Assembly (NCBI GenBank): GCA_010909165.1
Contig: MU008182.1
Location: 1 to 64,000 of the forward strand
Direction of reading: 5' to 3'
DNA: 64,000 bases
DNA from: Anthoceros angustus
Taxonomy: Eukaryota > Plantae > Anthocerotophyta
The first letter of the stretch is position 1; each line of letters starts with the position of its first letter. The position numbers were made by a program, and so were the translations under genes. Positions 22,936 through 33,214 of this stretch are shown here, piece after piece. Below the pieces are notes generated by a model, which was not told where the DNA came from, searched no databases, and saw only the letters and a program-made list of their open reading frames with translations.

Positions 22936-25513
22936 ATGGCCACAGTTTGGCCACAGGACCCGTTGTGGACCCCAAAAATCGGTTTGTATACAGAGATTTT
23001 ACGAGGAGCTCCCACAGACCTCACCTTAGAGAATCACCCGCCAGCATACAACGAAGCCTCCAAGTGCAGCAGCCTAAGGAGCCCAGCAATTCCACTTCCC
23101 AGAAAATCTGTGGGTGGGGACGGATTTTCCAGCGATGGTCGTCGCCAGGAGCAGGAGCACTTGTGGCAACAATTTTTTCTGGAACCTACCATGTGGTGGG
23201 ACAACAGAGGAGATAAGAGGAGCTCCCGTTCGCCTGACTTCCGGCATAAGGGGTCCGGGCAGGTCCTGTGGTTGAACAGCGTCCTCAAGCCAGCTTGGGT
23301 TGATGAGCAGCTCGTTTCTTTGGATATGCAGATGGGTCATGGTGCCTCTCCTTCCGGCTCTGGGGACAGGTCTGAAGCTGGAAGGCGTACAGGATCGGAA
23401 ATGGGCGACGTAACAGCTGTAACCGTGAGCACGTTATGTCAGCAGGGGAAGCTTAGTGAGGCCGTTGGAGCCCTGGAATCTTTGGCACAGGCAGACGCTG
23501 CCATTTCTCAGTCTCTGTTTTACACTGTGCTAAAACTGTGTTCAGCTAAGAAGGATTTGGTTGTGGGGCGACGAATTCATGATCTCACTGCCAAACTTGG
23601 GTACGAGTCGGATGCATACTTGGGGAACCATATTTTGCGCATGTATGCATGCGGAGGCAGGCTAGAGGACGCCATGGATGTGTTCACCAGGGTGAGCGAA
23701 CCAAATGTCTTCATGTGGTTTTCCATAATCTCCGCGTACGCTAAACATGGGAAGCCTGAAAAGGCCATACAACTGTATCATGACATGCGTAGGTCAGGAG
23801 TGAAGGCGAATGGTCACGTTTTTGTAGCTGCCCTTCAGGCTTGCGCATTTGCAGCGGACTTAGAATCTGGCAGAAAAGTGCACTCCGATGTGCTTCAGAG
23901 TGGCATTCCTCCCAACTTGTTTGTTGCCACCTGCCTGGTGGACATGTATGCAAAATGTGGTGAACTGAAAGCTGCACGCCAGGTTTTTGACAACATGGCC
24001 ACGAAGGATGTGGTGACATGGAATGCCTGATTGCTGGGTATGCACAGCAAGGGCTCAGCCAGGAGGCGCTTGTTGTGTATGGACAAATGGAGCAGGAGGG
24101 CCATTTTGGCTGACCATGTTACTTTTGCTTGCCTTCTGAAGGCCTGTGCAAGCACTGGTGCCTTACAGAAGGGCAGGCAGCTGCACTTACAGATTGTGGA
24201 AAGAGGACTGCTGGATGACGTACTGGTGGGCACCTGCCTGGTGGACATGTATGCAAAATGTGGTGAACTGGAAGATGCACGCCAGGTTTTTGACAGCATG
24301 AAAAGGATGTGGTGACATGGAATGCCCTGATTGCTGGGTATGCAGCAAGGACTCGGCCAGAGGCGCTTGTTCTGTATGGACAAATGGAGCAGGAGGGCCT
24401 GATTTTGGCTAATCACGTTACTTTTGTTTGCCTTCTGAAGGCCTGTGCAAGCACTGGTGCCTTACAGAAGGGCAAGCAGCTGCACTCACACGTTGAGGAA
24501 AGAGGACTGCTGGATAATGTGTGTTGGGCACCTGCCTGGTGGACATGTATGCAAAATGTGGTGAACTGGAAGATGCACGCCAGGTTTTTGAGAGCTTGGC
24601 CACAAAGGATGTGGTGACTTGGAATGCCCTGATATCTGGGTACGGTACTTGTGGAGATGGTCACATGGCTCTAGCTTGTTTTGAGGAGATGTTAGTTGCT
24701 GGTATTCAACCTGATGATGCTACTTTTATTTGCCTTTTAGCGGCATGCAGTCATGAGGGACTGGTGCATGAGGGTCGCCAGCACTTTGCTTCCATGGCTG
24801 AACAGCATGGCATCAAACCTACTATTGAGCATTACGGTTGTATGATTGACCTTCTTGGGCGGGCAGGCCGTTTAGATGAGGCAGAGAAGATGCTATTATC
24901 ATGTGAGGGCCAAAGTACTGTTGTGGGCTTGACGTCTTTGTTGAACGCCTGCAAAAGTCACGGGGATATTGAAAGGGCGACGCGGTGTTTTGAGAGTCTC
25001 GTTAAACTGGAGCCTCAGAGTGCATCCGCATATGTGCTCATGGCCAATGCCTATGCAGATGTAGGGAGGTGGACGGATGCAGACAGGATTGAAACACAGA
25101 GAATAGTTGCAGGAGCTAACAAGAAACCTGCAGTGGCGACCATTGAGGTGAATAAGCAGGTACATTTGTGGTGGGAGAAAGGAGATATTGCGCTAAGGTA
25201 GAGCACGAATGCACGTCTGAAGCAGGAAGGAGGCCACGTACCTCACACAAAGTTGGTGTTGAAGCCACTGTCTGAGAAGGAAAAGGAAGATGTGCTTTGC
25301 GGGCATGCTGAGAAGCTAGCTCTGGCGTTTGGTCTTTTGAATACTCCGAGTGGAACACCTCTGGTGATAACGAAGAATCTACGCATGTGCAGTGACTGCC
25401 ACAGCTCCACGGAGATCATGTCAAGGCTTGAACAAAGAAACATTGTTGTAAGGGATGGGTACCGTGTGCATCGATTCGCAGCTGGTTGTTGCAGCTGTGA
25501 GGGTCGACCGTGA
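22936..25513 (+). CDS. PLS-class PPR protein with N-terminal OSB-type PDF motif and C-terminal E-DYW:KP ('GRP') deaminase domain; several small frameshifts in this sequence
   Basis: LWQQFF.EP.MWWDNRGDKRSSRSPDFRHK.SGQVLWL (23161-23315); P-L-S repeats (LVDMYAKCGEL..ARQVFD...KDVVTWNALI); KKPAVATIE (25121); HAEKLALAFGL (25304); KNLRMCSDC (~25375-25399); C-terminal CCSCEGRP*. No introns seen. Frame breaks near 24030, 24305, 24350, 24525 and 25170-25205. Confidence 0.9.
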
Positions 25514-26164
25514 AAATGAGAAGAGCTAGCTGGTGCTCAATTGTGTACGCCAGGGAGTATTTGCTTTTTCTTGTTGGTGAACTCCATTCCCTTTGAAACC
25601 AAGACATAGACATACCCTCCCTGTCGAAAGTGAGACATATGTACATGCATCGCTAACGTTGATTTTCCTCTGATCCTGACAGTGATCATCAGAATCGAAT
25701 GAATCTTCTGTCGTACGTAAGTACTATGAAGAAAGACGATTGCAAGTGGGAACTGAGCCATTATCATGTTGATACCCGGGAGGGAGTATTTGAAGAAGCT
25801 AGGGAGTTTGTCTTGGCCCATTACGGAACGTTTCTCTCCTTTCATTCAAGTGAAGGAAACGTTGTACAGCCAAGTTTTCTCGCGACAAATTGAGAAACCA
25901 GACCCCCGTATTGGATTTAATGTCATTCAGGTATTTAGAGGATTTGGTGGTATCCGCTGATGTGAGTGCGGTGAGAACAACCGGGCTTGCTCACCTCATT
26001 TGCTGGAAAATTTTCCGTTTCTCTGGCAAAAGGCAAACTGAATGCTAGTTATAACTTTTACCTTGAGCAGAATAGAGACACAGTAATTATCCTCCACACT
26101 ATTATGAATCACGTGTCTGCCAATTACAGGCAAGGAATTTCAGACGATGCCAGTTCTCCGTCTG

Positions 26165-26420
26165 CCGGCAAAGGGATGCTACGAAAGAATGAACGGTGGC
26201 GTCACTGCGCAAAGGGATGCTACGAAAGAATGAATGGCGGCGTCACTGCGCAAGGAAGAATAATTGATGTTGTGAATCCTAGCCTAGGCTGCTCCTTTGA
26301 CTCTGTACCTTGCCACCCCGTCTCCCCTTAAGTTTGCTTCCTAGTTCTATTCTAGAATCGTCCATATGTCCAATTTCGCTAACGCCTCCCAGACGGTAAG
26401 CCTTCTTTGGAGGCTCAATC
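26165..26420 (+). repeat. Dispersed repeat copy 2 (homologous to ~21105-21400), with a 41-bp tandem duplication
   Basis: GAAAGAATGAA..GGCGTCACTGCGCAAGGAAGAATAATTGATGTTGTGAATC...CACCCCGTCTCCCCTTA.GTTTGCTTCCTA aligns by eye with 21120-21250. Confidence 0.75.
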
Positions 26421-26755
26421 GCTCCAGGGAAGAGAGGTTAAAAAACGCTCTCCAGGCGCAGCGACGAGTGCGACTGCTCGTCTCCTTCCCACCACCCAAC
26501 AGCCACTGTATCCACAGGTGAGAACAGAGATCAGAACTGCACTGCTGTGTCCTGCTTCACACAACCATAACTGAACTATACAGGGAGAAACCGGTCAGGT
26601 GTAAGGGCAATCAAAGATATGTTACCTTCTTGGCGCAGGTGCCAGTAGAACAACCTTTATCCGTCACTCTACAAACCAAACTCAACATGGACCAATTCCT
26701 GCCTGCACGAGTATTGCTGAAACATCTATTGGAGGTGCCCCAGTTGAAAGCTGTA

Positions 26756-29700
26756 TCAATTGGCCTGGGATTGGGAGCCGACCAGCACAAGAGGAGCTCT
26801 GTTGGCGGAAACGGACTTGGGGCGACCAGAGCGACCAGCATGTTCCTCTTTACCTGCTCGAGTCCCGTTGGATTCCGACTTTACAGTCGTCTCTCCTCCT
26901 GGCGCCTCTCTGCCGCCACCTGGCTTACTACCGGATGCTCCATCATGGGTCGGTGAGATCAGTACCTCTGGACTCTGAGGAGTACTAGGACCTGACCCTG
27001 TCGACTTCGCTGGTTTGCCTGATGAAGATGGTGGAGGGGAGGGTGAAGAAGGCGGTGGTCCATCTAAGGAAGGAAAGGACGCAGGTGACGAAGCTGTCTT
27101 CTGCAGGGTGGGTATGGGCGCTACAGTAAGTCCTTGCCTACGTTGGTTGGCTGCTGGAACAGGCCGCCCAGGGCCGCTTGGTGAGCCACTAGATGGGAAA
27201 AAAACACCTGTCCCGGCACTAGGGGGCCTTGCGGGCCTGCTCGCTGTCGACCAGGCCGCTGGGGACAACACTTGTAGACCAGAGAAACCACTAGTGTGAG
27301 GAGATGTACTTGAAAACAAAGGTTGGATACCAGCAGATGCTTGAGGTACTGCACCTGCTGGCCTGATGGGCGGCACCGGTAACACACCTGATGTAGGAGC
27401 GAAGATATGGGCTTTGAATGGGGTCAATCCCCCACGGTTGGGAGACCCACTGCTGGGTCCAGGACTGCTGCTTATCCCTTGCCTGCTCGGAGACGTCCAT
27501 GAGGACGAGGGAGAAGATCCTAGCGACTGGTTGGCTTTGGAACTCTTGTTGACAAGCTTCCTCCCAAAAGTAATCGAGATCCTTCGACCTGACAGTGTCG
27601 GGATAGCAGACCTCGCCACATCCACACTGTTTCCTTGTAAAACCACAACAGAACTGCATGGAAGACACCCCGGCGGTCGTGCCATGCTTAGATAACGGAC
27701 TAGTCAGCCACTAGCCTCAAGAGAGCCTTCAGTTCCAACCGTCAACGGGCCTCACACCACAGCATGAAGTCATGCAGATCAGTTAACAGGAGCGGCTCAA
27801 AGAATAAATACCCAGGTGGGACAGAGAGTTTGAAAGGTCCGTTGAATTCTCCAGGGCGGTCCATTTTAAGGAAGCGCCCAAACACCATGGTGCACTCGGT
27901 CGAAATTGATAGGGCGCAAAAAGGCCTATCCCAGTTGTGATGGTCTCCGTTCGGCCGTATGTACTCTCCCTGAAAATGGCAGCAATACAAGGTATTAAAC
28001 TCACAGTAGAAGCAGAGCCAGGACAAAGAGACTTAGCAGAAGCTATTGAATGGCTTCCTTGTCTGCCTCATGCACTGGAAGATAGGGTACCTCTTCAGAC
28101 ACGTTGATGCTACAAAAGTCAGGCCTTTTGCTAGCGGGTATTATGTGCCAGCGCACGAGTCGTTCAACTACTGCTAGGAAAAATCCAGAGACTGATTCTC
28201 CTGCCTCATCTGCGCAGTAAGTACACCTGCTGTTAACTGATGCAAATGATGTCCCTCCCTCGTCTTTGCAGCTTGGACTTTTAGGATTCACACCAAGAGT
28301 GGAGTGAAAACTCGATAAATCACGTCTGCTCATGTCAAAATAGTATGAAGCAAGTTGCTCTGTGCAAAAAGACAAAAAGACTGATACAGTTGAGCTGAAC
28401 AAAAAGCAGTTTGCAGGCTCAACACAGTGCAACACAGCCAGCCTGGTGGAAATTTAAACGTGACCCCAGCTGTGAGGGAACAACTGGGAAGGGAAAATAA
28501 AGGGAAGGATAATGTGCAGACGTGACATCTTCTACTCCATCAAAGATGTAGCTACCTACACAGACTAAAAACAGACTGGTCCTGAGTAGTTCCCTGATAT
28601 TGTGACAGGCAGTTGGAAGCAAAAACATGAAGAAGCAGGAGCAAGAGTCACCTTTGACGAGAGAAGGTGATAGCTTGTCATCTTCATTCATATTGTCGGA
28701 TCTAGGAAGACCGAAGTGCAGTATTTCTCGCCCTTTATCCTTTTGCCATCGCCTTGAGCCATGTCCTCGCCCTGCATCCATACAGCAAAGGAATACCAGT
28801 TGTTTGTGCTTGCAGGCTGTGGATAAAATGCGCTCTGCATAAGGTGAAAGCCCATGGGCATAGCATTGTCTGTACTGAGGAACTTGCCAGATTCACCTCT
28901 TTTGCCTGCAGATAAAAGATCATTTACAACAGAAAGGAGTCGCGAAGTCTCCGAGTCATCAAACACGTTTTCGAAAAGCTCAAGGCCTTCCACCACGTTT
29001 ATCTGAGCGTTAGGTTAAAATCGTGTGAGAACAATACGTAGGCGTGGATGCAGAAAGCAAGGAAGAAGGTGCTCATTACAGAAAGACATACAGGTTTTCC
29101 TTCGATTATCTCAATACAGCTGTAGTTCTTTGTGGCCTTGACCAGAGCATGCCGTCTCTCTTCTTCAGTGGTGGAGGAAAATTGAAACTCTGCACCTAGG
29201 AAATAACCTGGCGAATGCGAAAAAAAGGCAAGAGGAGGACACAGCATTGAGTGAAATGCTTGCAAGCTCCAGCATCGGGCATGAAGTCTGATAATAGTTT
29301 GCTTGCCTGAGGGGTTGCTGCTGGTGTGCTGAGTCGGCTCCAGTTGCTCATAAAAAGTGTGAGAGGCATCAAGTGACTTGGCTTTCAACAGCGGAGGAGT
29401 TGAGGGAAGTTGTGGGGTGTGTTTGTCGTGTGTTGGCACACTGTTTCGGCCTGGAGGATCCGGAGAGAGTTCTGGTACACAAGACGCACTACATACTGGT
29501 GAGTCCAGCGCAGCGGCAGCGGCTTTGCTGACGTAGTCAGCAGAAATGGGATATTGGCATAGAAGCAGAAAGCAGGCAGATCCCCTGGCCCCTCCCTAGT
29601 CTGTTGAGGGATGAGAGGTACCTTGAGGCGACGCCTGGTTGTTGTTGTGCAGATGCTCCTTGTTGGCTTGATGTAGGGCAGGCGGGGCAGTGGAATCGAC

Positions 29701-30543
29701 GGGCGCGGTAGCTGGGATTTGCTCTTCCTCCGCCGTGTCCTGCGCTGATGCTGATGGAGATGGAGATCCTTTCTTGTAGAGATCCGGCTCCGGCTCCGGC
29801 TGTGGCTGTGGCTGTGGCTGTGGCTGTGGCTCTACCTGCACCTGTGGCTGTACGTCTAGCTCCTCCACCTGTTGCCGTTGGACGGCGATGATGTGGTCCC
29901 CTCGGTGAGGAGCAGGAGTAGGTGGTGATTTGGCGGATGCAGGCGCGGGCTGAGGGGCGGGGTCGAGGGAATCCGGATCGGAGGAGGCCTGGGGAAGCGG
30001 ATCTGTGTGCGGTGGCTGGGGAATGGCAATGGCGGGCTGGGGATCGTCCGGTTGGACGAGGCCAGCGGGATGGAGGTACAGGGGCACGGGAAGGGGCAGC
30101 TTGGCGGGGTGGTGATCGCTGGCGGGTACGAGGGGCGCGGCCGGGTTGGTGCCCTGTTGCTGTTGCTGTTGCTGCAGCTGCTGCTGCTGCTGCCTGCGCC
30201 ACAGAACCTGCTGAAGGGCCATGACAACCTCGGCCACAGAATAATACTGCTGCATGTGGAGCACCACAGTCCAGTTGTAGCGGCGCTGCTGAATGCAGGT
30301 GAAGGCGAAGTCGTATTCGCCGGGCTGCCCTACGAGCTGCAGATGAGTGCACAGGGCGTCGATGATGGCGTTGGCAGCGGCGAATTCCCCTCGCAGCCAG
30401 AGGATGAAGGCGTCCCGCTCGTCCGGCATCCAGTGGCGCTCCAACGGCGTGTGCATGGCAGCAGGTGCAGGCGGTTGCGCGTGCTTGGCGTCCGTGGTGG
30501 CCATCTCCGGCAAATTGGCAGCATCCAAGCCGGGAGCCCGCAA
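26756..30543 (-). CDS. ALKBH10: ALKBH10-like (AlkB family m6A RNA demethylase clade) multi-exon gene
   Basis: N-terminal WMPDERDAFILWLRGEFAAANAIIDALC.HL...QQRRYNW..VLHMQQYY is typical of ALKBH10 (closest in style to ALKBH10C). Later exons: NVVEGLELFE, KGREILHFG, VVERLVRWHIIP..KRPDFC, MVFGR, SVVVLQGNSVDVAR...RRISITF. Pro/Ser-rich tail; GT-AG junctions consistent (exon 1 ends 29622). Confidence 0.9.
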
Positions 30544-30679
30544 TCAGCCTGTAGATGTGGCGAGGCAGAGGCAATCTTATCCTAGTGCGGGCAGGCGGCA
30601 TTGGATGGACGTAGGGTGCGGTGGCGGAACCAACCTGGATGCGCGCTGAGGAAGGGGCAGGTGGAGCACAGGGTCATCT

Positions 30680-31232
30680 GCACAGCACAGAACAGCACAG
30701 CACAGCACAGCACAGGGGAGCGGCAGGGAGCCTCATTACGCAAGGAAGCGCAAATGCAGGAGCTTGGGGTGCGGGGAGAGCCAGGCGTTACCTCTTTGCC
30801 TCTGCCTAGCTAGCTGCCCGGTGCAGCAGGTGCAGATCTGGCGATCTAGCGCTCGGGCAGCAGCAGCAGCAGCGGTGTGCGGATCGGACTTGCTTGCTCG
30901 CTCGCTCGCAGCCCTGCTGCTGCTGTTGTGCTTGCTTGCTTGCCGAAGCGCTATGCGCTGCAAGGAGCTGAGAGGAAGGAAGAGGAAGGGACAGAGAGGA
31001 GGAAGAAGAAGACGTCGGAAGAGGAGGAGAAGAAGAAGGCCAGGGAGGGGGAGGAGGAGAAGGGAGTGGGGAGGAGTAGGGTCCGTCCAGGTCCAGGTCC
31101 AGGTCGCAGGTCCCAAGTCCCAGGTCCCAGGTCCCAGGTCCCAGGTCCCAGGTCCCAGGTCCCAGGTCCGGCTCTTGCTCCGGCTGCGACTCCCACTCCC
31201 ACTCCCTCTTCCACCCCGGCCAGGGGACCTCA

Positions 31233-31263
<31 letters not shown>

Positions 31264-32900
31264 CTGCTGCTGCTGCTGCTCCTCATTCCATTCCGTCCTT
31301 GCACAAGGCAACAAAGGAGCGACTCAGAAGTCGGGTCCTGCCATGTGCCTTGGGGCGTCACTTGTCACTCACGCAGATGGGGTAAAAACCCGACCAGTTG
31401 CATTTATGAGCTGGCCACGCAGCCTTTTCTGCTCACCGTCCAGCGGCCCCTCAGTGAATAACGGTAAAAACGCATCCACTTGGACATACACTGGCCTTGT
31501 AGCCCCGGGAGAGGGCGGTCAAGTAGTAATCCTGGCCAGTGTAGGGCCAGCACATGTGTATGTATGTATGTATGTATGTATGTATGTATGTATGGAAGGA
31601 GCAGTCCCGGGTGGCGGGTGGCGGGTGCCGTTCCGTTGGGCCCCCCGTTCGCCTTTGCCGCACCGCCATTAATGCAGCGCATGTGTGGGCAGCCTGACAC
31701 CCTAGATCTGCCAGTTGCACCTAATAAATCGCAAGGTATCGCATCGAGCACTGAACACTGCAGCCTGGGCCTCCTGCGCTCCAGTCTCCGCTCTGCTTCC
31801 TGCTTGCGACCGTACAGTACATGACCTCCTCCAGCCGGTAATCAGCGGTCTCTCCAGGGGGCCCGGCTCGCCCGGCTCGCCCGGGCGCTCCTGGCTACCC
31901 TGCAGTCGGCAAACACGTGCGCACGAGCACCAGTCTCAGGCGGTCACCGGGGTGGACGGGCCAGGCAGCGGCAGAGGGCAGCGGCTCCGGGTCCGGCTCC
32001 GGCTGCCCCGTCCCGTCCCGTCCCGTCCCGTCCCGTTACGTCCGCACATGGCTCTCTGACACTAACCGGAACGCCGGTGGGGTCGCCACTAACCGCACTC
32101 CAAGATTCCCCTCTTGGCTTGCATCACCAGCGTTCAGGCCAAGAAAGAGGCAGCCTCCGCCTCAGCCTCAGGCCTCCATCAGCCTGAGCCTGAGCCTCAG
32201 CCTGAGCCTCATCAGCCTCACCAGCTTCGGCCTCTGCTGCCGCTTCACCACCTACACCCACCTTCCAGCCTTGCTGCTGCCCCTTCCTTCCCCTTTTGCC
32301 TTGCCTTGCCCTTGCCTTCCCGTCCCTCATTCTACTCCATACTTACCGCACAGCCAGCGTTACATGTATGTAAGTGCATACGTACATAAATACAGGCTGC
32401 TCAGTACAATACCATCATGCACGTACAAGCTCTCATACACGTGTACACACGTGGTTAGTTGTTGCCTCCGGCCAAGCTGGGGGGCCGGTCGGGGCTGGCA
32501 ACCAGCTTGGATTTTGCGTGGCAGAACGAGGGGGAGGGGCAGGACACGCCAGGCCAGGCCAGGCCAGGCCAGGCCAGGCCAGCCCAGGCCCCAGGGCCCC
32601 CACCCCCAGGCCCCCCAGGGCACAGCAGCTGCAGCTGCACAGCCTCCAAGGCACCATGGCCGGACTCGGACGGAGGGCCGAAGGCAGCCTGGCAACGCCC
32701 AACTTCAACCATTGCCTTGTTATCCACGTCAATGTCAACCCGCGCCACCAGGCGGCAAGTTAACAAACACTGCTCTCCAATGGCACCCTGCTGCCTGCTC
32801 TGCCTGCTGCCAAGGCAGAGCCAGAGCCAGAGCCAGAGCCAAAGCCATAGCAAACCCTAGGGCTACCTACCTGCCTGCCACTGCCAACCTCCCACCTACC
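30680..32900. repeat. Microsatellite-dense GC-rich intergenic/5'UTR island
   Basis: (CAGCA)n ~30685, (CCCAGGT)n ~31085-31170, (CAGGCT)n ~31230, (TATG)~9 31555-31594, (CCCGT)n ~32006, (CCAGG)n ~32548, (CCAGAG)n ~32815; telo-box AAACCCTA ~32852. Confidence 0.9.
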
Positions 32901-33214
32901 TACCTACAACCTACCCACAACAGGCCCCGTCCGTCTCTGGATGCTCGCGGAAATGTACACATGGAAGAAGGAAGGGAGTTGGGATGTCGTTCAAAAGCTT
33001 AGTGGCACGCGGCGCCAGGCCGCTGCATTGTGCCCGCCACCTCCTCTCCCGGCGCCCAATCAGACCGCTTCAGTTGGCGCCACCAGCCTCATCACCGCTG
33101 CCTCACCGCGGGGCTCGGCTCGCCTGGGCCTGGCTGCGGGTCAGCTCGCCTCAGACATTCCTCACCTCTAGTAACATAACGGCTTCCGCACACCCCTCCC
33201 CACCAATCCCGCCT

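Noticed and set aside
29537-30601. ORFs 29537-30601 (-) and 30007-30585 (+) as separate genes
   Set aside because: Alternative-frame or antisense shadows of ALKBH10 exon 1.
30764-33002. Long ORFs 30764-31672, 30877-31461, 31917-33002 as protein genes
   Set aside because: Open only because of GC-rich microsatellites; translations are simple repeats in several overlapping frames with no recognisable domain.
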